A DNA stretch of 64,000 nucleotides from contig JBODTK010000014.1 in assembly GCA_050613775.1 (NCBI GenBank), positions 744,001 to 808,000 of the forward strand. Direction: 5' to 3'. The position numbers and the translations under genes are program-made. Under the pieces are notes generated by a model that did not search any database, was not told the DNA's origin, and worked only from the letters and a program-made list of their open reading frames with translations. Every line of letters begins with the position of its first letter. Positions within the stretch are counted from its first letter, which is position 1. Positions 26,301 to 43,172 of the stretch are shown here, piece after piece. Source of the stretch: Neocallimastix sp. 'constans' (lineage: Eukaryota).

Positions 26301-28239
26301 TTATGTTCAAATTCATCCAGTAAACATGTGAATTTATTATGAGAGAAGATTGCTTCACGTTTATCCCTACAAATTCGATTAGACCACTTAATTTGTTTAT
26401 CCCGAGGGGTAGTAACAAAACCATCAGGAGATATTTTTTTACAAGAAAGAATAAGTGGTAAATGGTCAGAGATGTCATTAAAAGAGTAGCATACAGAAGC
26501 AATATTCAGATAATTTCTTAATTTATCGTTCACTACTATAAAATCAATACAAGAATTCTTTCCACCATTAGACCAAGTAAATTGATGACCAACCATATCC
26601 ATAACAAACCATTGAGGGGAAATTCTAAGAATAAGATCTTTGAGTTGTTGCTTAGTCATGTTGAAATCACCAACAATAGCCGAAGGGTTATTCTGATGGT
26701 TCTTGAGCCAATTAGTAAAATCAGTTTCTGCTTTTTCTCTAGAGTCTTTGTGTTTTTTGCTAGAGATGTAAATGTTCCCTAAAGAACATCTGACACCCCA
26801 AAAAGAGATTATATTTACTGAGAATATATATCTATATTCAAAATCATCATTAGTGAATTGGCAGGAGGAGTGCACACCTATATAAAGGCCCCTCATACCA
26901 GGGATTTTTTTGTCCGCACGTCTCAGTACTGTTCTATAATGATTAAGGAATGGATATGAGTTAGAAAAAGTGTTAAGGAATGAACTATTACCGACTTCTT
27001 GAAGACAAATACAAATAGGATAAAAGATTGAATTAAAATTGGTAAGTCCGTCACGTTTTTCAGAATTCCAACCATTTATGTTCCAGCTAATACAGAGGTT
27101 GAAATATTTAGTATTCGAGAAAGGGTTAGCATACAGGAGGCTTTCAGAGATGGGGATTGAGGGTTCAGAATAATACCTGGTTCTATTATGATTAACATTG
27201 CTAAATGTGCGTATCCTTGAAGTAATCTTCCATTTTATTCTTTTAACAGGTAAGTGCTTAGTAATCAAATAAATAACCTTCAAATAATCTGTATAATTAT
27301 TATAGTTAACTCTTAGGATGAAGTAGTTTTCCATATTAATATAGTGTTTTTTAACGATTCCATGAACAACTTCATTACAATTTGATATCTTTTTGCTTAA
27401 AAATTCCCATAGTCTACTTTCAGTCCAAGATTCAAGATCATGAATGAAAATTAAAACAAATTTATCATGGTCAGGACCATAATGTCGCAGACCTCTTCGT
27501 ATAGTTGACATAATAAAAAAAAAAACTTATCTATATTAATAAAAAGTAAATGTAATATAAAAATAAAAAAAAATAAAATTAGTAAAAAAATAAAAAATTA
27601 AAAAAATATAAATTTATTGCTGTTGTCTTCTCTTTCGTGTATATTGTTTGCTAAAACTTGTTTGTTTTTCTTTCTTTTTGTGTTGACTAGTTTTTAATTA
27701 ATGATTTTCAATTATAAATTCCTGTTTTATGTAAAAATTTCTGTAAAATAATCATATATAATATAAAATTTAAATGTTAATGAAATAATAGTTGTGAAAA
27801 ACTATAAAAAGATTCCCATCTGTTAAATAATGTCTCAAACACAAGCTTTGGAGTAAATCAATCTCCTACATTTCCATTTTACAATAGCTACATGAGAGTA
27901 TAAATAATACTATAGAAAAAAACATATACAAAAAAAAATGCTAGAGTAAAAATACAATAGATTCATTACAATGATAATATGTAGAAACTACATGATATTA
28001 TTAATTATACAACTCCAATGTTACTACATATCTAGTTTAAGACATTATAGAACGTCAAGTTCACTTTCTACAGTCTTCCAGTATTCCAGATTTCTCTCTT
28101 CGTACTAGAAGCCACTTTAGAAAGGATAACCATTGATTATCATCAGAATCACAGAAAGCTGTAATTAGTACACCTGATATAGGTTATTCCTTTTCCATCA
28201 ACCCTCCATGGACCTGGAAAAACAGTCCAATTCATTGGG
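23315..28239 (-). mobile_element. Apparently full-length non-LTR retrotransposon (single-ORF APE-RT LINE, RTE-like), ~4.9 kb
   Basis: Flanked by the 15-bp TSD TTTTACTCAATAAAT (23300-23314 and 28240-28254), with a poly(A) tail at the 3' end (T-run from ~23315) and a ~730-nt 5' leader. The paralogous locus at ~43972-43986 has one copy of the TSD and no insertion. Confidence 0.95.
23429..27511 (-). CDS. LINE polyprotein, 1360 aa: N-terminal RRM-like segment, APE endonuclease, reverse transcriptase, C-terminal Cys/His finger
   Basis: EN motifs: SWNINGW, CLQEV, VGDFN, IDFIVV, SDHLPL. RT motifs: KAPGPDG, NYRGISL, QFGFR, FLDLKKAYDSV, GVRQGCPLSPILFN, LFADD, YLG. C-terminal finger: CPCC...HWILLC. The ORF is uninterrupted. 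Confidence 0.96.
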   Translation of the reverse strand: MSTIRRGLRHYGPDHDKFVLIFIHDLESWTESRLWEFLSKKISNCNEVVHGIVKKHYINMENYFILRVNYNNYTDYLKVIYLITKHLPVKRIKWKITSRIRTFSNVNHNRTRYYSEPSIPISESLLYANPFSNTKYFNLCISWNINGWNSEKRDGLTNFNSIFYPICICLQEVGNSSFLNTFSNSYPFLNHYRTVLRRADKKIPGMRGLYIGVHSSCQFTNDDFEYRYIFSVNIISFWGVRCSLGNIYISSKKHKDSREKAETDFTNWLKNHQNNPSAIVGDFNMTKQQLKDLILRISPQWFVMDMVGHQFTWSNGGKNSCIDFIVVNDKLRNYLNIASVCYSFNDISDHLPLILSCKKISPDGFVTTPRDKQIKWSNRICRDKREAIFSHNKFTCLLDEFEHNDNLDSNTMVKKLDTANKIGDDIQARVPTNLQGSAFHCPAYIRKLSHEKHLFYKRIKNFKLSNDLSNLQEFCDLSKEYRVLSDYIISIKRNIRIIRFKNLIHSIDECFLKNDAQRGWSGLKKISKPSYSPSQSPVYIKDKEGNVLVSQEDQLNRFAEHYEELASDITGHSLNENYWKGILNNSSTPQESLDINQPISMSEIHSTVLSMKNNKAPGPDGIPTEFFKAFFNSESSTSSQDDSNQEVTYSDCAKCLLLLFNKIWDGDFPNEWNSASIVSIPKKGDLSDCNNYRGISLINVGLKILSKIVTKRISVYAFSNGIIRPEQFGFRNKEECISLFVSIREIWQRRKFKDKFTFLAFLDLKKAYDSVPIYNILTKLNNLGIRGKCLQFITNLYLTSKARANFNGKLSKEFPIHRGVRQGCPLSPILFNIFINDIFDKCKSYGVITEKKKCCGGLFADDIVLLAPTKSSLKNLLNIAHDWGIKNEMTFGINKCATLVVKPKNFIPSRHYENPTFRLGMNYIPSTNQYTYLGIPFNESLDLKPIIAKMNSKINYTVNSFFRFLTNRNVPFYFKTRILVSFVLSSVLYYAPLLGSNKKNTEKAQTAFNRGLYWSFGFKNKTSNTSIYNMSKELSIPPIASFCAKAMIRCFKKWKGSSCIISHLVKNIPTLSHYSWTKKARSLAVHKHNNKLPGEIRKFYLENIHYSSTPAIRSTKYKKFKFGFKKFIHRLSLKYSQFSLGFFWIGRIKCGFKFYVKTYVKSNLVSENCPTYCPCCGESNSIPSFTHWILLCPKFEEFRQHFIPFVDEIFINFSLIVHEKSLNIPDDKEEDFDDNINFYVLCLLLGGNAVFEILKIGSGERRRFINNIFQSPSNESSFPISYFVGLAEFLTNVMPIVIGDFYTMIDLYSVRPTVVKSVDVVTIRQRRNSDTDSNDNFHLHGVIFDEWEELEAISSSNLKT

Positions 28240-28507
28240 TTTTACTCAATAAATATATTGGAAATTATGAAATATATTTGAAATAAATACGACGAAACGA
28301 ATATGATTATTTTTCAAAAAGAAACATTTTAAAATAAATTTAAAAATTAATGAAAATTAAAATTAATGAAATCTTAAGATGAGATAGTAATTTTTTTTTG
28401 GATTATTTTATCAAGTATCTTTGATAATATTTACATCTCAATGGCCATCATCTATGTTTATTATTATATTTTATTTTATTTATTAATATTTTTTCTTTAT
28501 ACAATTA

Positions 28508-28540
<33 letters not shown>

Positions 28541-28554
28541 TTATTTAATTAATT

Positions 28555-28607
<53 letters not shown>

Positions 28608-29367
28608 TTGCTTTATTGCTTTATTGCTTTATTTATTTATTGTTTGATTTATTTATTTATTTATTTATTTATCTATTTATAATTTATTATTTATTTATTT
28701 ATTTATCTATTTATAATTTATTATTTATTTATTGTTTTATTAATTGATTTATTTATTTTTTATTTATTGTTTTATTGTTTTATTTACTGTTTTATTTTTT
28801 TTATTTATTTTTTATTTATTATTTATTTTTTATTTATTATTATCATTATTATTATTATTAGTATTATTTTTTTTTTATTGTATTTTATTTTTAATTATTA
28901 TTTATTTATTTATTTATTTATTTTTATGTTCATTTTATTACCTTATCGAAATTTTTATTTTATTTTTTTTTTTATAATATTATAATATTATAAAAAATAT
29001 ATATTATATATATATATAATATATAATATATTAAAAAAAAATCTATTTTTATTAATAAAATCAATTTATAATTAAATTGATTTATTATTAATAGACTTTA
29101 CTAAAATTAAAAAAAAAAATTCAGCTTTAAATTTATTTAATCAACAATATATAAGAAAAAATATTATTACTATCATTATTATTAAATATTAATATTACTA
29201 TTATAATTTTTTTTTGCTTATAATTCACAATTATAATATTACAATTATTATTTAATATTAAAATAATAACTTTTTTAAAAAAAATAAAAAAAAAAAAAAA
29301 AAAATAATATTTTTTTAAATGTACCAAAAAAAGAAATTTTTTTTTTTTTTTTAATTTATTATATGGA

Positions 29368-31109
29368 CTATTTTTCGGAATATTCTGGGGGTTTATCATC
29401 CTCTGTTTCATTTTTTAATTTATAAAGTTTAACTTCTCTTTCTTTTTCACTATGACCTAGACTTTTGTTGTTTGTACCTGGATTTTTACTATTATTATTA
29501 TTTTCATTATTTAAATTTATTTCATTTGAATTTTTATCATTAATAGTTTCATCTGAATTTTGAATATCTAATGATTTGTTATTATTGTATTGATTACCAC
29601 TTAAAACAGGTGACATAAGTTTATTCATATTCATATTATTACTTATATTCATATTATTACCTATATTCATATTATTACTCATATTCATATTTTTACTCAT
29701 ATTCATATTATTACACATGTTCATATTATTACCCATATTTATATTATTACCCATGTTCATATTATTACTCATATTTATATTATTACCCATGTTCATATTA
29801 TTACCCATATTCATATTATTACCCATGTTAATATTATTACTCATATTCATATTATTACCCATGTTCATATTATTACCCATGTTCATATTATTACTCATGT
29901 TCATATTATTACCCATATTCATATTCATTCTCATATTCATATTCATTCTCATATTCATATTCATTGGGTAACTACCATTTTGAGATGTGAAAAATCTATT
30001 ATTAAATCTATTCTGTGGTATAAATGAACCCTGATAGTTATTTTGTGGTATAACTAATGAACCTCGATAGTTATTTTGTGGTATAATTAATGAGTCTCGA
30101 TAGTTATTTTGTGGCAAAACTAATGAGTCTCGATAATTATTTTGAGAAGCATAAATTGCATTGAAAACATTTGGATTTAAATTATTATTATATCCATTTA
30201 AATTATTATTGTTGCTACTGTTGCTACTGTTACCATCGTTGCTACTGTTGCTATTATTGCTATTATCATTATTATTAACAAAATCACTTTGAACAAAATT
30301 CAAAGGCTCCTGATAAATAAATGATTGGACACCATTATAGGAATTTAGATTAGGAGAATTTATGACGAAACTACTTTGACTCTGACTTTGACTTTGATTT
30401 TGATTTTGATTTTGATTTTGATTTTGATTTTGATTTTGATTTTGATTTTGATTTTGATTTTGATTTTGATTTTGATTTTGATTTTGATTAATATCCATTG
30501 AATTTTGATGTTCATCATTGAAAGAATTTATATCTTCAAAGTTATTTTCATGATTTTCTGATACGCTTTGGGAACTTGAATTGGTATTCATTGGTAAAGC
30601 AATACCTGTAGTAATAAGATTATCACTATTATTATCAAAAGTCTCATTTGAAGATAGGAAATCATTTTCTGTTTCGGATATCTCTTGATGAGATTCCATT
30701 TCACGAACTTTAGTATTTTCATGAATTGAGATATCTGATTCATCATTTCCATTTCCTTCATTTTTAGGTTTAGTCTTCCTTTTCTTTTTAATTCTTATAA
30801 TAATAATAATCATTAGTATTAATATTAATATCACACCACCAATTACAGCAATTATATAATAGAAATATTTTTCAAATATATTTTTGACCTCAGTAGGGTT
30901 TAATATTGCATCAATCTCTTTCTGAGTACATGTATTATATAGGGTTTCAGATTCAATATCAGTAAAATTTTTTTCATTAATATGAATGGTTTCACAGGCA
31001 TGACTTTGATAGCATAAAATTTTAACATTATCAAAATAGCAGTCTTTAACTATTGAATCACCAAATTTAATTATTGAAGAACTCAACATTGGATTAAAAC
31101 CAATGTCGC

Positions 31110-31148
<39 letters not shown>

Positions 31149-31161
31149 ATTAATTATTAAT

Positions 31162-31193
<32 letters not shown>

Positions 31194-31210
31194 ATTAATT
31201 ATTATTATTA

Positions 31211-31250
<40 letters not shown>

Positions 31251-31251
31251 G

Positions 31252-31293
<42 letters not shown>

Positions 31294-31819
31294 AGAAGAA
31301 GAAGAAGAAGAAAAAGAAAAAGAAGAAGAAATAGTAAAAAAATTACTTACAATGAATCTGAAATTTTTAATTTAAATATTTCATTAGGCAATTCAGTTAA
31401 TTCGTTATTAGATAAGTCTCTAAATAGATACAATATTATTTTTTTTAAAAAAAAAAAAAAGACGAATTATAGGTTCAGTATTTCTTTTACTTCTTTTAAT
31501 TTATAATTTTTATTTTAATAAACTTTTACAATATTTTTAGTTCTTTTAATTCACTTATAGAAGATGGAATTGTTTCAATTTTATTATTTCCAAGGTATCT
31601 ATATATTTAACAATATGTGTTTATATATGTATACATTTTATTAATAATAATTATTTAATAGTATAGCTAAAAAAAAAAAAAAAAAAAAAAAATTATTGCA
31701 TTACAAAACATTTAATATGGGAAGTTTAAATAATTCATCTGGCAATTCTTTTATTTCATTTGAAGATAATCCTCTATTAAATATTAATAATTATATATAA
31801 ATTAATTATTTTATTTATT

Positions 31820-31856
<37 letters not shown>

Positions 31857-33001
31857 TTCAATAATAATTTTAACTATTAATTAATATATTTAATATACTT
31901 TACAAAAATTCTAACTCTTCTAAATTATTAATAATAGATGGAATTGTTTCAATTTTATTTTCACTAAGATCTCTATTAATATTTTTAATTATTTAATTAT
32001 TTAATATTATATATATTATATTATATATATAAATATTTAGTATATTAAAGGCTTACATTATATTTAATTTTTTTAAATTAAATAATTCAACAGGAAGGTT
32101 TGTTATTGCATTGTTAGATAGATCTCTATAAATTTTAAATAAATATTAAAAATAATGAAAAATATATTAAAAAAATGATAATAAATAATTATAATTATTA
32201 ATATATATATATATATATTTAATTTTATAATAATATTATCTAATAATTATTATATATATATTTTTACAAAACTTCCAGCCCTGCTAAGTTTGTTATAGAT
32301 GGCGGAATAATCTCGATTTGATTAGAATGAAGAACTCTTATTATTTATTTAAGTTAAAATTTTAATTATTTGTTTATTTATTAAAGAAATTAATATTATA
32401 TAGGTATATAATTTATAAAATCCTTACAATTTTTTTAAACTAGGTAATTCAAGTATACTAGGAGGTATTTCTTTCATTGGATGTTTAGTTAAATAACTAT
32501 TTATTATGTATATATTTATTAATATATTAAAAATCATATATGTAATTCAATATATTTACATAATTATATCAATATCTTAATTTTTACAATGATTCTAGTC
32601 TTGTAAATTTTGGAAATTCTAAAAAATTATAACTTTTGAAACCCTCCCTTCATATATATTATATTTAATAATGAAAAATATTTATTTTTATATTCAGTTA
32701 TATATATATTAATATTCTTTCATAAAGTAATAAGTATGCTATTATATTTAAATTATTACACTCCAAGAAATGTAATATATCCTTCATTATCACATTCTAT
32801 TCCTTGTGTATTGCAGCAATCATTATTATTCGTAAAAACCAAATTGAAATAGGAATATAATTCATAACAATCTCCTTGTTTTATAGGAGTGGATCCAATA
32901 CCAAGTCCCTGAATTCCTTGTCCTGATACTATGTGGTAAAAGGATAATATATTTTCTAAAGATAGTAATAATACAAAATGAAGTAGTTTCATTTTTTTCA
33001 T
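29368..33001 (-). CDS. LRR receptor-like single-pass membrane protein, copy 1 (~841 aa, 10 exons, 7 x 69-nt LRR exons)
   Basis: Exons: 33001-32760 (signal peptide and Cys N-cap DCC..QGIECD), 32647-32588, 32496-32428, 32336-32268, 32125-32057, 31972-31904, 31773-31705, 31598-31530, 31419-31351, 31108-29368. All introns are GT-AG, phase 2, and the total is 2526 nt in frame. LRR example: DLSNNAITNLPVELFNLKKL. The last exon encodes a Cys C-cap, the TM segment YYIIAVIGGVILILILMIIIII, RIKKKRK, an N/Q/M-rich tail and PPEY. Confidence 0.88.
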
Positions 33002-33271
33002 ATAATATTTTTGCTCTTATGTATATTTGTGACAGAAATAGAAGTTTTAACAAGAATTTTTTATAATATTTTTAATAATATAAAAATTTTTATAGTTTAG
33101 TAAAAAAAATATTTATTATATATATTATAAATAAGTATTTAAATATATTATTTTTTATTTCTTAATATGATATTTTCATAATCCACCCTATGTTTTATTT
33201 TATTATTATTTATAAAAAAATTTTATTTTAATATAATAATATAATAAACCACTTTCAGTTTTTTTTTTTCA

Positions 33272-33314
<43 letters not shown>

Positions 33315-33319
33315 GTATT

Positions 33320-33374
<55 letters not shown>

Positions 33375-33379
33375 GTATT

Positions 33380-33433
<54 letters not shown>

Positions 33434-36005
33434 TAATTTTCTTTTCATTATTTTATTATATTATTTATTTATTGATTCTTAATAATTATTTATTCACTTA
33501 TTTCTATTTATTTATCAAATAAATATATTTACAAAAAGTATAGTTATGTATTTATTAATACTTATTAATACTTACCCTTGTTTTTTTATATTACATATGT
33601 ATAAACTATCAATCTATATATATATATTTAAAATTTTTTTATATTAATAATTTTTTAATTTTTTTTTTTTTTATTTAAAGATAGATAGTATTTTTTTTTT
33701 ATCCTTTATATATATCTACTTTAATCTGTCTTTTTATCCTTTTTTTTTTTTTAATTTTTTTATTTTATTTTATTTTATTTTATTTTATTTATTTATAAAA
33801 TAAAAATAAAAATAACAAGAAAGCTTTTTTTTTTGGTTCCATGGTTTTTCCTATAAAAATAATTTCTCTCCACATAAGAATTTTTATTATTTTTTTACTT
33901 TTTCTTTTCAATAATTACTATATGTATCATAATAATAATAATAATAATATATATATGTATATATTATACATGGTATTATATAAAATATTTAATTAAATGA
34001 AAAAAAAAAAAATTAAATAAGAATTTAAGTTTGAAACAAATATGATGAATATATGAAAATATATTATATATAAAGAAAAAAATAAAAATGCATTTTTATA
34101 TATTAAATTTAATATCTTCACTTCAATAATGTCCTGTATAAAAAATTGTATTTATTTAATTATATTTAATATTGATAATGAAAACTCATCAAACATTATC
34201 TCCTTCCCCCATAAGATACTCTCTTTTTTTTTTTTTTTTTTTTTGTTGAATGCTTTTTGTTTTATATAAAATGAAAAATGATTCAAAGAATTAAATACTT
34301 TTTAAAAAAAAAAAACAAAAGAAAGAAAGATAGAAAGAAAGAAAAAAAAAATAAAATTCTCTTTATAATAAAAAAAAAATTTTTTTTTTTAAAAAATAAA
34401 GAAAATGTCCTTAAAATGGTATTTCATAAAACAGGATTTAATATAATAAAAAAACAGAAAATAAAACTTATTTTTTTTTTCATTTTTTTATTTTTTTTTT
34501 TATTTTTTATTTTTAAATTAAACTACATAAATAATAAAAATCAAAACTTTTATTATAAGTTTATAATAATTTTTTCTTTTCTTGAGTTTATTTCAATAAT
34601 AAAACCATTATTTTTATTTTATCTTAATATTTGTACAATAAAAATTAGAAAATATAAATATTAATAAATATTAAATATAATTATAGTCAATATCAAATAT
34701 ATATATATATATATCCTTTATTTTATTGTTTTAAAAAAAATAATAATTTTTTAGATAATAAATATTCCTTTTTACAACAGATATTCATCTTTGCTTATAT
34801 TTATTTAACATATAATTATCATGGTAATATTACATAAGTTTTTCTCATCGAAGATAAAAAAAACTAAATAATTATATTCTTTTATCATTTATTATATATG
34901 TATATATATATTATTTTTTATTTTTATTTAAAATAATAATAAAAGTTAAAAAGTTATTAAATATATAAAATATTTATCAAAATAAAAAAAAAAAAAATAT
35001 ATTAATTATAATATTTAAGTATAATTTATTAAATTTTCACTTTTTTTAAAAAATTATGAAATTATGAATTAATTTTTGATTAAGATAAAAGTTCAGCTTT
35101 GCTTGAAAAAATAGAAATAGAATAAATTCAAAGTTAATAAAAGTATGTTATTAGTAAAAGAAAAGAAAATTTTTTTATTCTTTTAATTATTGATATTATA
35201 TAAAATATATTATTATATCAATAAAATAATAAATAATTAAATAATAAAATATTAATATGAATATTTATTAATAAATAAATAAATAAATAAATAAATAATA
35301 ATTAATTAATAATTGAATAATAAATAATAAATAATAAATAATAAATAATAAAGAGTATTATTAATAAATAATAATAAATAATATATAATAAATAATAAAT
35401 AATTATAAAAAATTTAATAATAAATAAATAATAATAAATAATAAAATGAGTATTTATTAATAAATAATAAATAATTAAATAATAAAATGAATATTTATTA
35501 ATAAATAATAAATAATTAAATAATAAAATGAATATTTATTAATAAATAAATAAATAAATAAATAAACAATTAATAATTAATTAATAATTGAATAATAAAT
35601 AATTAAATAAATAAATATAATTATAATTTCTATTAATTGAAACTTGTACAGCCTTTAAAACCTTTAAAGCATTAATTATTAATTTAATGTTATAAATAAA
35701 GTATAAAATTTAACTCCATTAAATTTTTTTTTAAATTTTTTAATAAGATTTGGTTTCTTCACTGTACTGCGCATTGATTAAAGTAAATAAATTTAAAAAG
35801 TTTGTCAAGTTTTTAGGTTATACTATTCCTATTAAATAATATTAAATTATTATTAAAAAAAAAAATTAATAAAAAAAACTATATTAATCTTATTTTATTA
35901 ATCTTTTTTTTATTAATTATTTTTTTAAGTTTTCGAAATAATGGTTTATTTTTCATCGATAATCAGCTTTATTATTATTATTAAACAATATTATTATTAT
36001 TATTA

Positions 36006-36105
<100 letters not shown>

Positions 36106-36436
36106 AAATTATCTTTTATGACAATATTTATTAATGTCTCATATTGATAATTGAAATCTAATACAAACATAAAATGATCAAGTAACTTTACTCAATAAAT
36201 ATATTATAAATTGTGAAATATATTTGAAATATATAAATAATCAACGAAACGAATATGAATATTTTTAAAAAAAATACATTTTAAAATAAAATATAAAAAA
36301 ATATATGTAATCTTAGGATGAAATAGTAATTTTTTTTTTTTTTTCATTATTTTATGAAGTATCTCTGATAATATTTGCATCTCAATGGCAATCCTCTATG
36401 TTTATTTTACTTTATTTTTGATCCAATCTTTTATTT

Positions 36437-36490
<54 letters not shown>

Positions 36491-36519
36491 TTTATTTATT
36501 TTTATTTATTTATTTATTT

Positions 36520-36554
<35 letters not shown>

Positions 36555-36652
36555 TTTTATTATTACCTTATCGAAATTTTTATTTTATTTCTTTTTTTAT
36601 AATATTTTAATATTATAAAAAAATATATATAATATATATATAATATATCAAA

Positions 36653-36694
<42 letters not shown>

Positions 36695-37156
36695 AATTCA
36701 TAAAATCAATTTATAATTAAATTGATTTATTATTTATAGACTTTACAAAAATATAAAAAAAAAAATTCAGCTTTAAATTTATTTGATCAACATATAAGAA
36801 AAAATATTATTACTATCATTACTATTAATATTAATATTAATATTATAATTTTTTTTGCTTATAATTCACAATTATAATATTACAATTATAATATTACAAT
36901 TATTATTTAATATTAAAATAATAATTTTTTTAAAGACAAAAAAAAAAAATATTATTAATATTTTTTCAATGGAATTAATTTTTTCATTGGAATCAATTTT
37001 TTCATTGGAATTAATATTTTTTCAATGTGCCAAAAAAAATTTTTTAATGATATTTCAATTTTGTAATAATAATACTATATATATATATATGATATATATA
37101 TATATATATTTTTAATTTTATTTTTAATTATTCATATGTATATATTTATATATGGA

Positions 37157-38753
37157 CTATTTTTCGGAATATTCTGGGAGTTTATCATCCTCTGTTTCAT
37201 TTTTTAATTTATAAAGTTTAACTTCTCTTTCTTTTTCACTATGACCTAGACTTTTGTTGTTTGCACCTGGATTTTTATTATTATTATTATTATTATTTTC
37301 ATTATTTAAATTTATTTCATTTGAATTTTTATCATTAATAGTTTCATCTGAATTTTGAATATCTAATGATTTGTTATTATTGTATTGATTACCACTTAAA
37401 ACAGGTGACATAGGTTTATTCATATTCATATTATTACTTATATTCATATTATTACCTATATTCATATTATTACTCATATTCATATTTTTACTCATATTCA
37501 TATTATTATCCATGTTCATATTATTACCCATATTTATATTATTACCCATATTTATATTATTACCCATGTTCATATTATTACTCATGTTCATATTATTACC
37601 CATATTCATATTCATTCTCATATTCATATTCATTCTCATATTCATATTCATTGGGTAACTACCATTTTGAGATGAGAAAAATCTATTATTAAATCTATTC
37701 TGTGGTATAAATGAACCCGGATAATTATTTTGTGGTATAACTAATGAACCTCGATAGTTATTTTGTGGTATAATTAATGAGTCTCGATAGTTATTTTGTG
37801 GCAAAACTAATGAGCCTCGATAATTATTTTGAGAAGCATAAATTGCATTGAAAACATTTGGATTTAAATTATTATTATATCCATTTAGATTATTATTGTT
37901 GCTACTGTTGCTACTGTTACCATCGTTGCTACTGTTGCTATTATTGCTATTATCATTATTATTAACAAAATCACTTTGAACAAAATTCAAAGGCTCCTGA
38001 TAAATAAATGATTGGACACCATTATAGGAATTTAGATTAGGAGAATTTATGACGAAACTACTTTGACTCTGACTTTGACTTTGATTTTGATTTTGATTTT
38101 GATTTTGATTTTGATTTTGATTTTGATTTTGATTAATATCCATTGAATTTTGATGTTCATCATTGAAAGAATTTATATCTTCAAAGTTATTTTCATGATT
38201 TTCTGATACGCTTTGGGAACTTGAATTGGTATTCATTGGTAAAGCAATACCTGTAGTAATAAGATTATCACTATTATTATCAAAAGTCTCATTTGAAGAT
38301 AGGAAATCACTTTCTGTTTCGGATATCTCTTGATGAGATTCCATTTCACGAACTTTAGTATTTTCATGAATTGAGATATCTGATTCATCATTTCCATTTC
38401 CTTCATTTTTAGGTTTAGTCTTCCTTTTCTTTTTAATTCTTATAATAATAATAATCATTAGTATTAATATTAATATCACACCACCAATTGCAGCAATTAT
38501 ATAATAGAAATATTTTTCAAATATATTTTTGTCCTCAGGAGGGTTTAATATTGCATCAATCTCTTCCTGAGTACATGTATTATATAGGGTTTCAGATTCA
38601 ATATCAGTAAATTTTTTTTCATTAATATGAATGGTTTCACAGGCATGACTTTGATAGCATAAAATTTTAACATTATCAAAATAGCAGTCTTTAACAGTTG
38701 AATTACCAAATTTAATTATTGAAGAACTCAACTTTGGATTAAAATCAATACCG
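37157..38753 (-). pseudogene. Orphan last exon of the LRR receptor (copy 2): C-cap, TM and tail only
   Basis: Near-identical to the last exon of copy 3 and keeps its splice acceptor (38754-38755). Upstream, the (ATT)n tract runs into copia integrase instead of LRR exons. It ends in LPEY rather than PPEY. Confidence 0.8.
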
Positions 38754-38754
38754 C

Positions 38755-42270
<3,516 letters not shown>

Positions 42271-42648
42271 CTTAATCAAATATTATAAATATTTATAATA
42301 CTTTAATGTACAAAATTTAAATATTATGTTGAACTTTAATATAATAAATAATAAATAATTGAATAATAAATAATTGAATAATAAATAATAAATAATAAAT
42401 AATAAATAATTAAATAATTAAATAATAAATATTAAATATTAAATATTAAATATTAAATATTAAATAATATTAAATATTAAATAATATTAAATATTAAATA
42501 ATTAAATAATTGAATAATTGAATAATTGAATAATTAATAATTAAATAATGAAAAGAATACTTTTTAATTAATAGTTAAATAATAAATAATTAAATAATTA
42601 TAATTATAGTTTATATTGATAGAAGCTTGTACTACCTTTATAATCTTC

Positions 42649-42697
<49 letters not shown>

Positions 42698-42946
42698 TAA
42701 TTATTATTTTAAACATTATTAATTTAATGTTATTATAAATAAAGTATAAAATTTAACTCCATTAAATTTTTTTTTAAAGTTTTTTAAGATTTGGTTTCTG
42801 CACTGTACTGCGCATTGATTAAAGCAAATAAAAAAACTATATTAATCTTATTTTATTAATCTTTTTTTTATTAATTATTTTTTTAAGTTTTCGAAATAAT
42901 GGTTTATTTTTCTTCGATAATCAGCTTTATTATTATTATTAAACAA

Positions 42947-42980
<34 letters not shown>

Positions 42981-43136
42981 GTTATTATAAAATTATTTTT
43001 TATTAGTGTTTCATATTAGTAATTGAAATCAAAAACAAACATAAAATGATCAAGTAACTTATTCAATAATATTAGAAATATTACTTTTATAATTTTATTT
43101 CATATTAATATTTTTTTTTTTTTTTTTACAAAAAAG

Positions 43137-43172
<36 letters not shown>

